Position numbers and translations under genes: made by a program. Below the pieces are notes generated by a model. The model searched no databases. It saw only the letters and a program-made list of their open reading frames with translations, and was not told the DNA's origin. 64,000 bases of DNA, taken from assembly GCA_964360335.1 (NCBI GenBank), contig CAYHVH010000002.1:804-64803 (forward strand), read 5' to 3'. This DNA is from an uncultured Candidatus Saccharibacteria bacterium. Lineage in GTDB: Bacteria > Patescibacteriota > Doudnabacteria > UBA920 > 2-01-FULL-46-14. Shown in pieces: positions 39,092 through 47,843 of the stretch (within the stretch, counting starts at the first letter, position 1; each line of letters begins with the position of its first letter).

Positions 39092-40438
39092 ATGTCTATC
39101 TTTGAAAAAGTTTTTGGCGGCAATCCAATCAAAAGTCTCGAAATTATGAAAATTGATTTTCACGTTCATACGTCCTATTCTCATGATGCTTCTGATTCGC
39201 CGCAAAAATTAATCGACCGGGCTTTGCAAATAGGTCTTGATGCAATTTGCATCACTGACCATAATACCATTGCCGGACTCGAGGAAACAGCCGCCTACGC
39301 CTCGGACAAGCCGATATTAATCATTCCCGGAATTGAAATTCATACCCGTGATGGGCATGTTTTGGGTATCAATGTCACGAAAAAAATTGAGCCGGGACTA
39401 AATTTCGAAGATACAGTGAGACAAATTCGAGATGGTGGAGGAATTGCCATTTTGGCGCACCCCTTTTTTTGGCCACACCATTTTAAGGCCTGGGAGAGGG
39501 TTGATTTTACCAAAATCCGTGATTATTTTGACGGAATAGAAATAATCAACACCTCTGTGTTTCGCAGGGCAAACCGCAAAGCTAGAGTTTTAGCGGAAAA
39601 GTTCGGCCTTCCAGTAACGGCCGGCTCTGATTCGCACAGTCGTGATTATCTCGGCAAAGGGTTTATCGAATTGACCGGTCACGGTCTTACAAGCAAAGAA
39701 GTGGTTGAGGCTATACTCTCCAACCATCCCGGAAATAGGGTTATCGGGCAGGAAATTAAACTTTTGGAAAAGGTAAAATCAGCGGGAATCATTTTTCGGG
39801 AGACGAGGAAAACCCGAGTCAGAGCCGCAGGCACGGAACTGGGGATAATGTCTTTTTTAAAAAACCGCGTCAAGCGGCGGGGTCCAAAAATTGGCAGATT
39901 GGGCTCTTCTCTAGGGCTGCCGCCTAATTTTTTTACCCTCCTGTCTATGGGGTTTGGTGGACTGGTCCTAATCTTTCTCGTAAAAATTAATCTTATTTTT
40001 GCATCTATATTTTTTGCAGCCGCGATTTTTCTGGACTTTGTGGACGGGGCTCTAGCCCGGGCCACTGGTCAGGAAACGACAAAAGGGGCTTATCTGGATA
40101 CCGTGGCTGACCGATATGTCGAAGCCCTGGCTTGGCTAGGATTTTTGTTCCTTCCCTTACCCACCTATTTTTTTGCTCCCCAGATATGGATATTTTTAGG
40201 CTTATTTGGAGGACTCATGACTGCTTACGTCAAGGCAGCAGCAGCGGAAAAAAACTTAGTTCAGGAAGAACTTCCGGATGGCTTTTTCAGTCGGCCCGAG
40301 AGAACCCTTTCCCTCTTAGTAGCTATGGCGGTCGGGCTTTTTGATCTGAAGCTAACTATGATTATTTTAATCTTCGTGGCTTTGGCCGCAAATCTCGCCG
40401 CTTGGCAGAGATTTGCAGCTTACACAAGACATGAATAA
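39092..40438 (+). CDS. Fusion of a PHP-family phosphoesterase and a CDP-alcohol phosphatidyltransferase
   Basis: DFHVHT..SHD, ITDHN, AHPF, GSDSH; then PNFFT, DFVDGALAR.....GAYLDTVADR; alternative start at 39146. Confidence 0.85.
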   Translation: MSIFEKVFGGNPIKSLEIMKIDFHVHTSYSHDASDSPQKLIDRALQIGLDAICITDHNTIAGLEETAAYASDKPILIIPGIEIHTRDGHVLGINVTKKIEPGLNFEDTVRQIRDGGGIAILAHPFFWPHHFKAWERVDFTKIRDYFDGIEIINTSVFRRANRKARVLAEKFGLPVTAGSDSHSRDYLGKGFIELTGHGLTSKEVVEAILSNHPGNRVIGQEIKLLEKVKSAGIIFRETRKTRVRAAGTELGIMSFLKNRVKRRGPKIGRLGSSLGLPPNFFTLLSMGFGGLVLIFLVKINLIFASIFFAAAIFLDFVDGALARATGQETTKGAYLDTVADRYVEALAWLGFLFLPLPTYFFAPQIWIFLGLFGGLMTAYVKAAAAEKNLVQEELPDGFFSRPERTLSLLVAMAVGLFDLKLTMIILIFVALAANLAAWQRFAAYTRHE

Positions 40439-40994
40439 CTTGATGGTCTTGATAGGGCAAAGTTTGTATTTTTATTTGCCGGCGTATTTTGCAAACATGA
40501 CTCCACCCGTGATCGCGAAGCTGGGGCTCGTAAAATTCCTGGATAAACCCATGGACTTTGGAGCAAGCTATAAAGGCATACGCATTTTGGGTGATAATAA
40601 AACTTGGCGAGGGTTAGTGTCTGGAACAATCGTCGGAATGGTTGTATTTCTGGTTCAAGCAGAACTTTTCTCCATACCCTACTTTCAAAGGATTTCGCTC
40701 CTCGACTATAATAGTGGAGAGAAAAAGCTTTTGGTTGGGTTTTTCCTGGCCTTTGGGGCCTTGTTTGGAGACGCCCTATTTAGTTTTTTTAAGCGCCGGA
40801 TCGGGCTTGCATCCGGGCGAAAGTGGATTCCCTTTGATCAAATTGACCATGTCATTGGCGCATTTCTTTTGACCTCGCTGGTCCTGCCGCTCGATTTAAA
40901 AGTTTGGCTTCTGGTTTTGATCCTGACTTTTTTCCTGCATTTATTTGTGAATCGGATCGGGTTCGGTCTAGGAATCTCAGAAAGTAAATTTTAG
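40431..40994 (+). CDS. CDP-archaeol synthase (CarS/DUF46)-like membrane cytidylyltransferase
   Basis: PAYFANMTP, PMDFG, LGDNKTWRG, GDALFSFFKRR.G, DQIDH. Confidence 0.85.
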   Translation: MNNLMVLIGQSLYFYLPAYFANMTPPVIAKLGLVKFLDKPMDFGASYKGIRILGDNKTWRGLVSGTIVGMVVFLVQAELFSIPYFQRISLLDYNSGEKKLLVGFFLAFGALFGDALFSFFKRRIGLASGRKWIPFDQIDHVIGAFLLTSLVLPLDLKVWLLVLILTFFLHLFVNRIGFGLGISESKF

Positions 40995-41000
40995 CACGAT

Positions 41001-43601
41001 ATGAATCTTTTGAGGAAAATTTTAGGAGTAGAAAATCCGGTCAGAGGCAGCGAGCATATGGTTGAGAAAATCAATCAACTCGAAAAAGAATTCGAGCAGC
41101 TGTCGCGTAAGGAGCTCCGGGAGAAGACTAATTTTTGGCAAGAGCACATCCGTAACCTCTCCCGGCCTCCAGCCACTCTCCCCTCGTCAGGGGAGGGAAA
41201 AGTTGTAGACTATCTAAACCAAATTCTTCCGGAGGCTTTTGCGGCAGTCCGGGAAGCGGCGAAAAGGACCTTGGGCCAGCGGCACTATGATGTCCAGCTC
41301 GTGGGAGGCATGGTGCTCCATCACGGCAAAGTCGCGGAGATGAAGACCGGCGAGGGAAAAACCTTGGCTGCCACATTAGCCGTGTATTTAAACGCCCTGA
41401 CTGGCAAAGGAGTGCATATCGTAACCGTCAACGATTATCTCGCGCGGCGCGATGCCTCCTGGATGGGTCAAATTTACGACTATCTGGGTTTATCCGTGGC
41501 CGCAATTCAGCACGAGCAGTCGTTTCTTTATACCGAAAAGGACCTCAAAGACGAAATCATTACGGAAGAAGAAAGAACCGGGGTCCAAACTGACGTCAAA
41601 AACTTGGTTTCCCGCTCGCGGAAAGAGGCCTACGCCGCAGACATTCTCTACGGGACGAACAACGAATTTGGCTTTGATTACCTGCGCGACAATATGGCCG
41701 GGAATCTGGAACAGATGGTTCAGCGCGAACTCCACTACGCCATCGTCGACGAGGTTGATTCGATTTTGATTGACGAGGCCAGAACGCCTTTGATTATTTC
41801 TGCGCCAGACGTGGAAAGCACTGACCTGTATCGGGATTTTGCGGGTTTTGCCAAGACTCTGACCGCCGAGGACTACCTGGCGGAGGAAAAACACCGGCAG
41901 GTTACTTACACCGAGAAAGGTTACGAGAAGCTGGAAAAAAAATACGGGCAGGAAATTTATAGCGACATCAAGCTCCGGCACCACGCCGACAGCGCCCTGC
42001 GGGCGGAGATTTTGTTTAAAAAAGACAAAGATTACGTCGTGCGCGAGGGCGAGATTCTCATCGTGGACGAGTTCACCGGCCGGCTGATGCTTGGGCGGCG
42101 CTACTCCGAAGGTTTGCACCAGGCCATCGAAGCCAAAGAAGGAGTGGAGGTCAAACACGAGTCCAAAACCTTGGCGACCATCACCTTCCAGAACTACTTC
42201 CGGCTTTATCAGAAACTGGCTGGGATGACCGGCACGGCCGCGACCGAAGCCGAGGAGTTTCACAAAATTTACAAACTCGACGTGGTGGAAGTTCCGACCA
42301 ACCGGGCGATGATCCGGGCTGACCTGCCGGACAGCGTTTACAAAACCGAGGCCGGAAAATTTCAAGCCATCGTCCGGGAAGTAAAACGCCGTCACGGGCT
42401 CGGCCAACCGCTTTTGATCGGCACCATTTCGATTGAAAAAAACGAACACCTCTCAAACCTCCTCCAAAAGGCCGGCGTCACGCACGAAGTTCTAAACGCC
42501 AAAAACCACGAAAGAGAAGCACAGATTATTGCCCAGGCCGGCCGCCTGGGCGCCGTGACTCTGGCTACGAACATCGCGGGCCGCGGCGTGGACATTATTC
42601 TAGGCGGCAACCCTCCCGATGGGGAGGAAGCCGAAAAAATCAAGGCCGCAGGCGGGCTCCATGTCTTGGGCACCGAACGGCACGAGGCGCGGCGGATAGA
42701 CAACCAGCTCCGCGGCCGCTCCGGGCGCCAAGGGGATCCCGGGTCCTCGCAATTCTTCCTTTCTTTAGAAGACGACTTGATGCGGCTGTTCGGCGGCGAC
42801 CGCGTAAAAGGGCTGATGGATACTTTGGGGATCCCCGAGGACGAGCCGATCGAGCACGGCATGGTGAGCAAAACCATAGAAAGTGCCCAAAAGAAAATTG
42901 AGGGGATGAATTTTGACCTGCGAAAGCACGTCTTGGAATTCGACGACGTCCTGAACAAACAGCGGGAGGTGATTTACGGGAGGCGCCGCAAGATTTTGAG
43001 GGGTGAACTGGACTTGAAAACTTATATTTTGGACAAAGTCGCGCAAGAGATTACAGAGATTGCCACTAACGAAACGGACCAAAAACTGGCGCATCAAGCC
43101 GTGAACGCAATTTTTCCGGTTCCTCAAACTCTCGGAGAGGCCAGAAAAGAAATGGAGCTGTGGATAAGTGATTTGACAAACGCCGCCAAAACTACCTACG
43201 AGGAGAAAGAAAAACGGTTGACCGCCCCTCTAATGCGGCAAATTGAACGAATTATCGCCCTGCAGGCCATCGATAATCTCTGGATGGAACACTTGGACAC
43301 CATGGATCACCTCCGGCAATCCGTGCGGCTCCGAGGTTACGCCCAAAAAGATCCGCTCGTAGAATACAAACAAGATGGCCTGCGGCTTTTTGAGCGGATG
43401 CTCAAAGAGATTGACAAAACCATCGTCTACACGATTTACAAGGTCGAGGTCAGGCCGCGGGAAGAGGTCGCTCCGGTGGGCCGGCCCGCTGAGCGGGCCC
43501 CGGGCCAAGCGAAGCTCGGCCGGAATGATCCCTGTCCCTGCGGTTCGGGCAAGAAATGGAAGAAATGCGGAATGATAAACGCGCCGTATCATAAAAAATA
43601 A
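41001..43601 (+). CDS. secA: Preprotein translocase ATPase SecA
   Basis: EMKTGEGKT, DEVDSILIDEARTPLIIS, RRIDNQLRGRSGRQGDPG, GRNDPCPCGSGKK. Confidence 0.98.
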   Translation: MNLLRKILGVENPVRGSEHMVEKINQLEKEFEQLSRKELREKTNFWQEHIRNLSRPPATLPSSGEGKVVDYLNQILPEAFAAVREAAKRTLGQRHYDVQLVGGMVLHHGKVAEMKTGEGKTLAATLAVYLNALTGKGVHIVTVNDYLARRDASWMGQIYDYLGLSVAAIQHEQSFLYTEKDLKDEIITEEERTGVQTDVKNLVSRSRKEAYAADILYGTNNEFGFDYLRDNMAGNLEQMVQRELHYAIVDEVDSILIDEARTPLIISAPDVESTDLYRDFAGFAKTLTAEDYLAEEKHRQVTYTEKGYEKLEKKYGQEIYSDIKLRHHADSALRAEILFKKDKDYVVREGEILIVDEFTGRLMLGRRYSEGLHQAIEAKEGVEVKHESKTLATITFQNYFRLYQKLAGMTGTAATEAEEFHKIYKLDVVEVPTNRAMIRADLPDSVYKTEAGKFQAIVREVKRRHGLGQPLLIGTISIEKNEHLSNLLQKAGVTHEVLNAKNHEREAQIIAQAGRLGAVTLATNIAGRGVDIILGGNPPDGEEAEKIKAAGGLHVLGTERHEARRIDNQLRGRSGRQGDPGSSQFFLSLEDDLMRLFGGDRVKGLMDTLGIPEDEPIEHGMVSKTIESAQKKIEGMNFDLRKHVLEFDDVLNKQREVIYGRRRKILRGELDLKTYILDKVAQEITEIATNETDQKLAHQAVNAIFPVPQTLGEARKEMELWISDLTNAAKTTYEEKEKRLTAPLMRQIERIIALQAIDNLWMEHLDTMDHLRQSVRLRGYAQKDPLVEYKQDGLRLFERMLKEIDKTIVYTIYKVEVRPREEVAPVGRPAERAPGQAKLGRNDPCPCGSGKKWKKCGMINAPYHKK
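41154..41200 (+). repeat. In-frame hairpin repeat in the SecA N-terminus
   Basis: ACCTCTCCC...CTCCCCTCGTCAGGGGAGGG encoding NLSRPPATLPSSGEG; same family as the nnrD and mnmA copies. Confidence 0.7.
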
Positions 43602-43639
43602 AACTGGACTCTAATTGAAAATGTGCCCTGGAAAATAAT

Positions 43640-43891
43640 ATGGGAAATTTAGAACAAAGAATCCGGACGATTGAGGAAAGAAATCAGCGGGTTGAGGCTG
43701 ATAAAGTATGGGAAACAAGCTGGACAAGACGGGGTTTACTGACAGCATTCACTTATCTGGCAATCGGAGTGTATATGTGGGCGATTGATATTTCTCGACC
43801 GTGGTTGAATGCTGTGGTGCCCGCAGTAGCATTTATGCTATCCACGCTAACGATGCCGTTTTTCAAGAAAATTTGGTTGAAAATAAAATAA
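43640..43891 (+). CDS. Small two-TM protein
   Basis: IEERNQRVEADKVWETSWTRR followed by two hydrophobic segments. Confidence 0.75.
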   Translation: MGNLEQRIRTIEERNQRVEADKVWETSWTRRGLLTAFTYLAIGVYMWAIDISRPWLNAVVPAVAFMLSTLTMPFFKKIWLKIK

Positions 43892-43892
43892 T

Positions 43893-43937
43893 CCTCGCGG
43901 GACAAGTAATAAAAACCAGAGGTGTCGCGGGGCGTAG
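43893..43937 (+). pseudogene. Decayed copy of a SEC-C (secA 3' end) motif
   Basis: Translates PRGTSNKNQRCRGA*, against consensus PCGSGKKYKKCHG. Confidence 0.45.
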
Positions 43938-43948
43938 AAGGATGAAAC

Positions 43949-44338
43949 ATGAAGCAAATCACATTTAGACTAAAACCGGGTCAGTATCTGAAAGAAGAGA
44001 TCGAAAAAGCGGCCCGCGAAAAAGAGATAAGCGCGGGAGTTTTGCTGTCAATTGTTGGTGGGGTTCAAAATGCTGTTTTGCGAATGGCAAAAAATCAGAT
44101 AGTGAAAAAGTGGGATGGGCCATTCGAGATCGTCTCCGGGACAGGTACCGTATCTAAGGATGGCTGCCATATCCACCTATCCTTGTCAGACCAGAAAGGC
44201 AATGTCATTGGCGGACACTTAAAGGACGGTTGCAAAGTGAAATATACAGCAGAGATTGTCATAGGAATATTTGATGATATCTCCTATAAGAGAATTTATG
44301 ATGCTAGTACTGGTTTCAAGGAGTTAGAGATCGAATAA
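43949..44338 (+). CDS. PPC/DUF296-domain protein
   Basis: FRLKPG, FEIVSGTG, HIHLSLSD.KGNVIGGHL, TAEIVI. Confidence 0.88.
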   Translation: MKQITFRLKPGQYLKEEIEKAAREKEISAGVLLSIVGGVQNAVLRMAKNQIVKKWDGPFEIVSGTGTVSKDGCHIHLSLSDQKGNVIGGHLKDGCKVKYTAEIVIGIFDDISYKRIYDASTGFKELEIE

Positions 44339-44339
44339 T

Positions 44340-44398
44340 TCCTGCGGTCAGGTAATAAGTACCAAAATTGCCATGGGCAAAAAAAGTCAAATGAGTAA
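44340..44398 (+). pseudogene. Decayed copy of a SEC-C (secA 3' end) motif
   Basis: Translates SC(G, 1-nt deletion)SGNKYQNCHGQKKSNE*. Confidence 0.55.
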
Positions 44399-44431
44399 TG
44401 AAAACAGAAAGTGTGATATAATTTCCTTGCG

Positions 44432-45703
44432 ATGTCGAAAACGCGACTCTATCTGAAATTGGTTGCGGTACTACTGCTCGCTACGGCTAGCGGTTTTATT
44501 GTTTTTGACAGACTGGATATCCTCAAACTTCGGCAAAAGTTTCCTTTTCGGCTAGGCCTCGACCTCCAGGGTGGAACGCATCTGGTCTACGAAGGCGATC
44601 TCAAGGACATTGAGGGCGCCGACCGCAGGGATGCTATGAGTTCAGTCCGGGAGGTCATCGAACGGCGAGTCAACGCGTTTGGCGTTACGGAACCGGTAGT
44701 CCAGGTGGCTGGGGAAAACCGACTGATTGTCGAACTCCCGGGAATCAAGGACATCGCGGGAGCGGTCAAACAAATTGGCCTGACGCCTTTCCTGGAATTC
44801 CGCGAGGAAAACCCAGAGTACCAGCCAGAGGAGGGGACGGGGCAGATCGACTTTTCGAAACAATATCGACCGACCGGCCTTTCCGGAAAACACCTCAAGC
44901 GTTCGGACATCGTCTTTGACCCCAACACCAACCAGCCCCAAATCACCCTGCAGTTCAATGATGAGGGGCGGGACCTGTTTCGGGAAATTACCCGCCGAAA
45001 CGTCGGCCAAACGGTAGCGATCTTTTTGGATGGCGTCCCGATTTCCGCCCCCGTGGTACAGCAAGAAATTACTGCGGGCCAAGCCGTGATCACCGGCCAA
45101 TTTAGTGTCGATGAAGCAAAGCTTTTGGCCCAGCGATTAAACGCGGGCGCCCTGCCGGTCCCGATTAAGCTTCTAGAGCAGCAAAACGTCGGTCCGTCTT
45201 TAGGCAAAATCTCCCTACAGCAAAGTGTCCTGGCCGGAGTTGTCGGCTTTATCGTGGTGGCGCTTTTCATGCTGGCCTACTACCAGCTTTCCGGATTCTC
45301 GGCCGTGCTGGCGCTTTTGGTTTACGTCCTCCTGACTTTGAGCCTCTTCAAGCTTTTCGGCGTCACCTTGACCCTAGCGGGTATTGCCGGCTTTATACTC
45401 TCTGTGGGAATGGCAGTGGATGCCAATGTTTTAGTTTTTGAAAGGGTCAAGGAGGAGCTGCGCGCCGGACTGCCGCCCCCCAAAGCGCTGGAGGAAGGTT
45501 TCCGGCGGGCTTGGAGCGCGATTCGGGATTCTAACGTTTCTTCCCTGATTACCGTCTTTATCCTGGGCTATTTCGGCACAAGCTTGATCCGCGGTTTCGC
45601 CGTAACTCTCGGGGTCGGCATCGTAGTTTCGATGTTCACGGCTTTGACAATTGCTCGAATTTTTCTGCGTACCTTTTACTCTCTAAAACGGTCGGAAAAC
45701 TGA
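44432..45703 (+). CDS. secD: Protein translocase subunit SecD
   Basis: LGLDLQGG, RRVNAFGV.EP, AGALP, GMAVDANVLVFER. Confidence 0.96.
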   Translation: MSKTRLYLKLVAVLLLATASGFIVFDRLDILKLRQKFPFRLGLDLQGGTHLVYEGDLKDIEGADRRDAMSSVREVIERRVNAFGVTEPVVQVAGENRLIVELPGIKDIAGAVKQIGLTPFLEFREENPEYQPEEGTGQIDFSKQYRPTGLSGKHLKRSDIVFDPNTNQPQITLQFNDEGRDLFREITRRNVGQTVAIFLDGVPISAPVVQQEITAGQAVITGQFSVDEAKLLAQRLNAGALPVPIKLLEQQNVGPSLGKISLQQSVLAGVVGFIVVALFMLAYYQLSGFSAVLALLVYVLLTLSLFKLFGVTLTLAGIAGFILSVGMAVDANVLVFERVKEELRAGLPPPKALEEGFRRAWSAIRDSNVSSLITVFILGYFGTSLIRGFAVTLGVGIVVSMFTALTIARIFLRTFYSLKRSEN

Positions 45704-45704
45704 A

Positions 45705-46601
45705 ATGTTGACTGTCTTGAGATTTTCGAAAATCTGGTTTGGCCTCTCGGGTCTGCTGGTCGGCGGCGCTCTGGTTCTGCTGTTCACTTGGGGGCTAGAG
45801 CCGGGAATCGATTTCCGGGGGGGGGCTCTCCTGGAATTGGAATTTCCGCGAGCCATATCCGTTCCTGAACTAAGCCAGGCCCTCATGGCCCGAGGGCTCA
45901 AGGGAGCGGTAGTCCAGCCGATCAATGACCAAAGGGTAATCATCAAAACCGAAATCCTCGATGAAGCTAAAACCGAGCTCCTGAACAAGACTTTACAGGA
46001 AGAGTTCGGCGATTTCCGGGAGCTTCGATTTGAATCCATCGGGCCAACTATCAGTCGAGAGCTCATCCGGAAATCCTACTGGCAAATCATTCTAGTCTGC
46101 CTGGGAATTTTGTTCTACATCGCTTACGCTTTCCGCCGCATCAGCAAGGATACGAAGCGAACGGAAATCTCCCCTTGGCGACTGGGACTAGCCGCTGTCA
46201 TAGCGCTGTTTCATGATCTTTTAATCACGGTTGGTTTTTTTGTCCTCCTTGGCCACTTCCGGGGAGTCGAAATCGACAGCCTGTTTGTCACGGCGCTTCT
46301 CACAATTCTGGGTTTTTCCGTCCATGACACGATCGTAGTCTTTGACCGGATTAGGGAAAATGCCCAAAAGTTTCCCTACAAATCTTTCGGTACCATCATC
46401 GATCACGCCATTGCCTCTACCCTGGCCCGGTCCATCAACACCAGTTCGACTCTAGTATTCGTGCTCTTGGCCATGCTCTTGTTTGGCGGCCAAACCGTAT
46501 TTTACTTTGTCCTTGCGCTCCTCATAGGCGTTCTGGTCGGCACCTATTCTTCGATTTTTATTGCCAGTCCGCTCCTTCGAATTTGGGCAAAAGCCAAGTA
46601 A
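45705..46601 (+). CDS. secF: Protein translocase subunit SecF
   Basis: GIDFRGG, IGPTIS, HD, GFSVHDTIVVFDRIRE, GTYSSIFIA. Confidence 0.96.
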   Translation: MLTVLRFSKIWFGLSGLLVGGALVLLFTWGLEPGIDFRGGALLELEFPRAISVPELSQALMARGLKGAVVQPINDQRVIIKTEILDEAKTELLNKTLQEEFGDFRELRFESIGPTISRELIRKSYWQIILVCLGILFYIAYAFRRISKDTKRTEISPWRLGLAAVIALFHDLLITVGFFVLLGHFRGVEIDSLFVTALLTILGFSVHDTIVVFDRIRENAQKFPYKSFGTIIDHAIASTLARSINTSSTLVFVLLAMLLFGGQTVFYFVLALLIGVLVGTYSSIFIASPLLRIWAKAK

Positions 46602-46662
46602 ACCCCGCCCCACGGGCTTACCCCCTCGTCCACATAAACGACTGATTTTTGCCAATTGTGAT

Positions 46663-46691
46663 TTGACAAAAAAAACAATTTATGCTATACT
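46663..46691 (+). promoter_or_regulatory. Near-consensus sigma70 promoter
   Basis: TTGACA-17 bp-TATACT with extended -10 TG. Confidence 0.75.
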
Positions 46692-46718
46692 GGCATCGTC
46701 TTATTTAACGGCTAGACT

Positions 46719-47843
46719 ATGCCAGAAGGTGATATTGAAAAAAAACCCGCGAAGTCTCCGAGTATCCTGGAGACAGTGAGCTTTTCCCAACAAACCGCGA
46801 CCCTACGAACGTTCAATCCCCAAGTTCTGCTTCAGGAGTACCTAGCGGTCCTCAAACCGCGGGAGCGACAGATTTTGGAAAACCGCCACGGCTTGCAGGA
46901 TGGGGAACCGCAAACTCTGGAAAGCATCGGGAAACACTTAAATCTCACTCGAGAACGGGTCAGGCAAATTGAAAAGGAAGCTCTGAAAAAACTGACCCGG
47001 GCCCCGTTACCCGCCCATCTCGCGGAGGCCGTGGGTTTAATTTTTGGAATTATTGAAGAGCAGGGAGCGATAATCCGAGAGACCAAAATCCTCGACACGC
47101 TGCTGGCGAGTAACAACACGCCGGTCGCTCGGCGGGGAATTTTGTTCATCCTCAACCTCGTTCCCCGTTTTATGTTGTTCCCGGAAAATTCCGAATACCA
47201 CCAGAGCTGGTATGTTAGCGGGTTTGACCAAAAACCGCTCCGAGAAGTGATTGGGCTGGCGCAGAAGGCGCTTCAAGAATCCGAAAAGCCCATCCCGCTC
47301 GGGACCGTTTTGGAGCGCGTCAAAAAAGCCACTACTGACCCGGAAATTCTAGCGCTCTCCAATGAGGCGCTCGAGAGCTACATTGGCATTTCCAAATCTC
47401 TGGGCCGCAACGCCTATGAGGAGTGGGGACTCTCGGCGTGGACAGAAATTCATCCCAAGGATATTGGTGACAAAATTTACCTCGTCCTCCTGCACTACGG
47501 GAAACCGGAACACTACGCGAAAATCACGGAACTCATCAATAAACAGAGTTTTGACCAGCGCGTGGCGAACAAGGAAACCGTGCACAACGAACTCATCAAG
47601 GACGAACGGTTCGTGCTGGTGGGCCGCGGCATTTACGCCCTCAAGGACTGGGGCTATGAGCGGGGTATCGTGGCCGATGTCATCCGGCAAATTCTGCAAA
47701 CTGCCAAGGAGCCCCTCACCAAAGCACAAATCATCGAGGAGGTCCTGAAGCGTCGTCTGGTAAAACGCAACACGGTGATTGTCGGTCTTTCCAACAAAAA
47801 ACTCTTCAAAAAAACCGCCGACAATCGATACGCAAATGTTTAG
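46719..47843 (+). CDS. Sigma region-4 HTH protein with C-terminal winged-helix (HARE-HTH-like) domains
   Basis: RHGL....TLESIG..LNLTRERVRQIE; TVHNELIKDERFVLVGRGIYAL. Confidence 0.8.
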   Translation: MPEGDIEKKPAKSPSILETVSFSQQTATLRTFNPQVLLQEYLAVLKPRERQILENRHGLQDGEPQTLESIGKHLNLTRERVRQIEKEALKKLTRAPLPAHLAEAVGLIFGIIEEQGAIIRETKILDTLLASNNTPVARRGILFILNLVPRFMLFPENSEYHQSWYVSGFDQKPLREVIGLAQKALQESEKPIPLGTVLERVKKATTDPEILALSNEALESYIGISKSLGRNAYEEWGLSAWTEIHPKDIGDKIYLVLLHYGKPEHYAKITELINKQSFDQRVANKETVHNELIKDERFVLVGRGIYALKDWGYERGIVADVIRQILQTAKEPLTKAQIIEEVLKRRLVKRNTVIVGLSNKKLFKKTADNRYANV

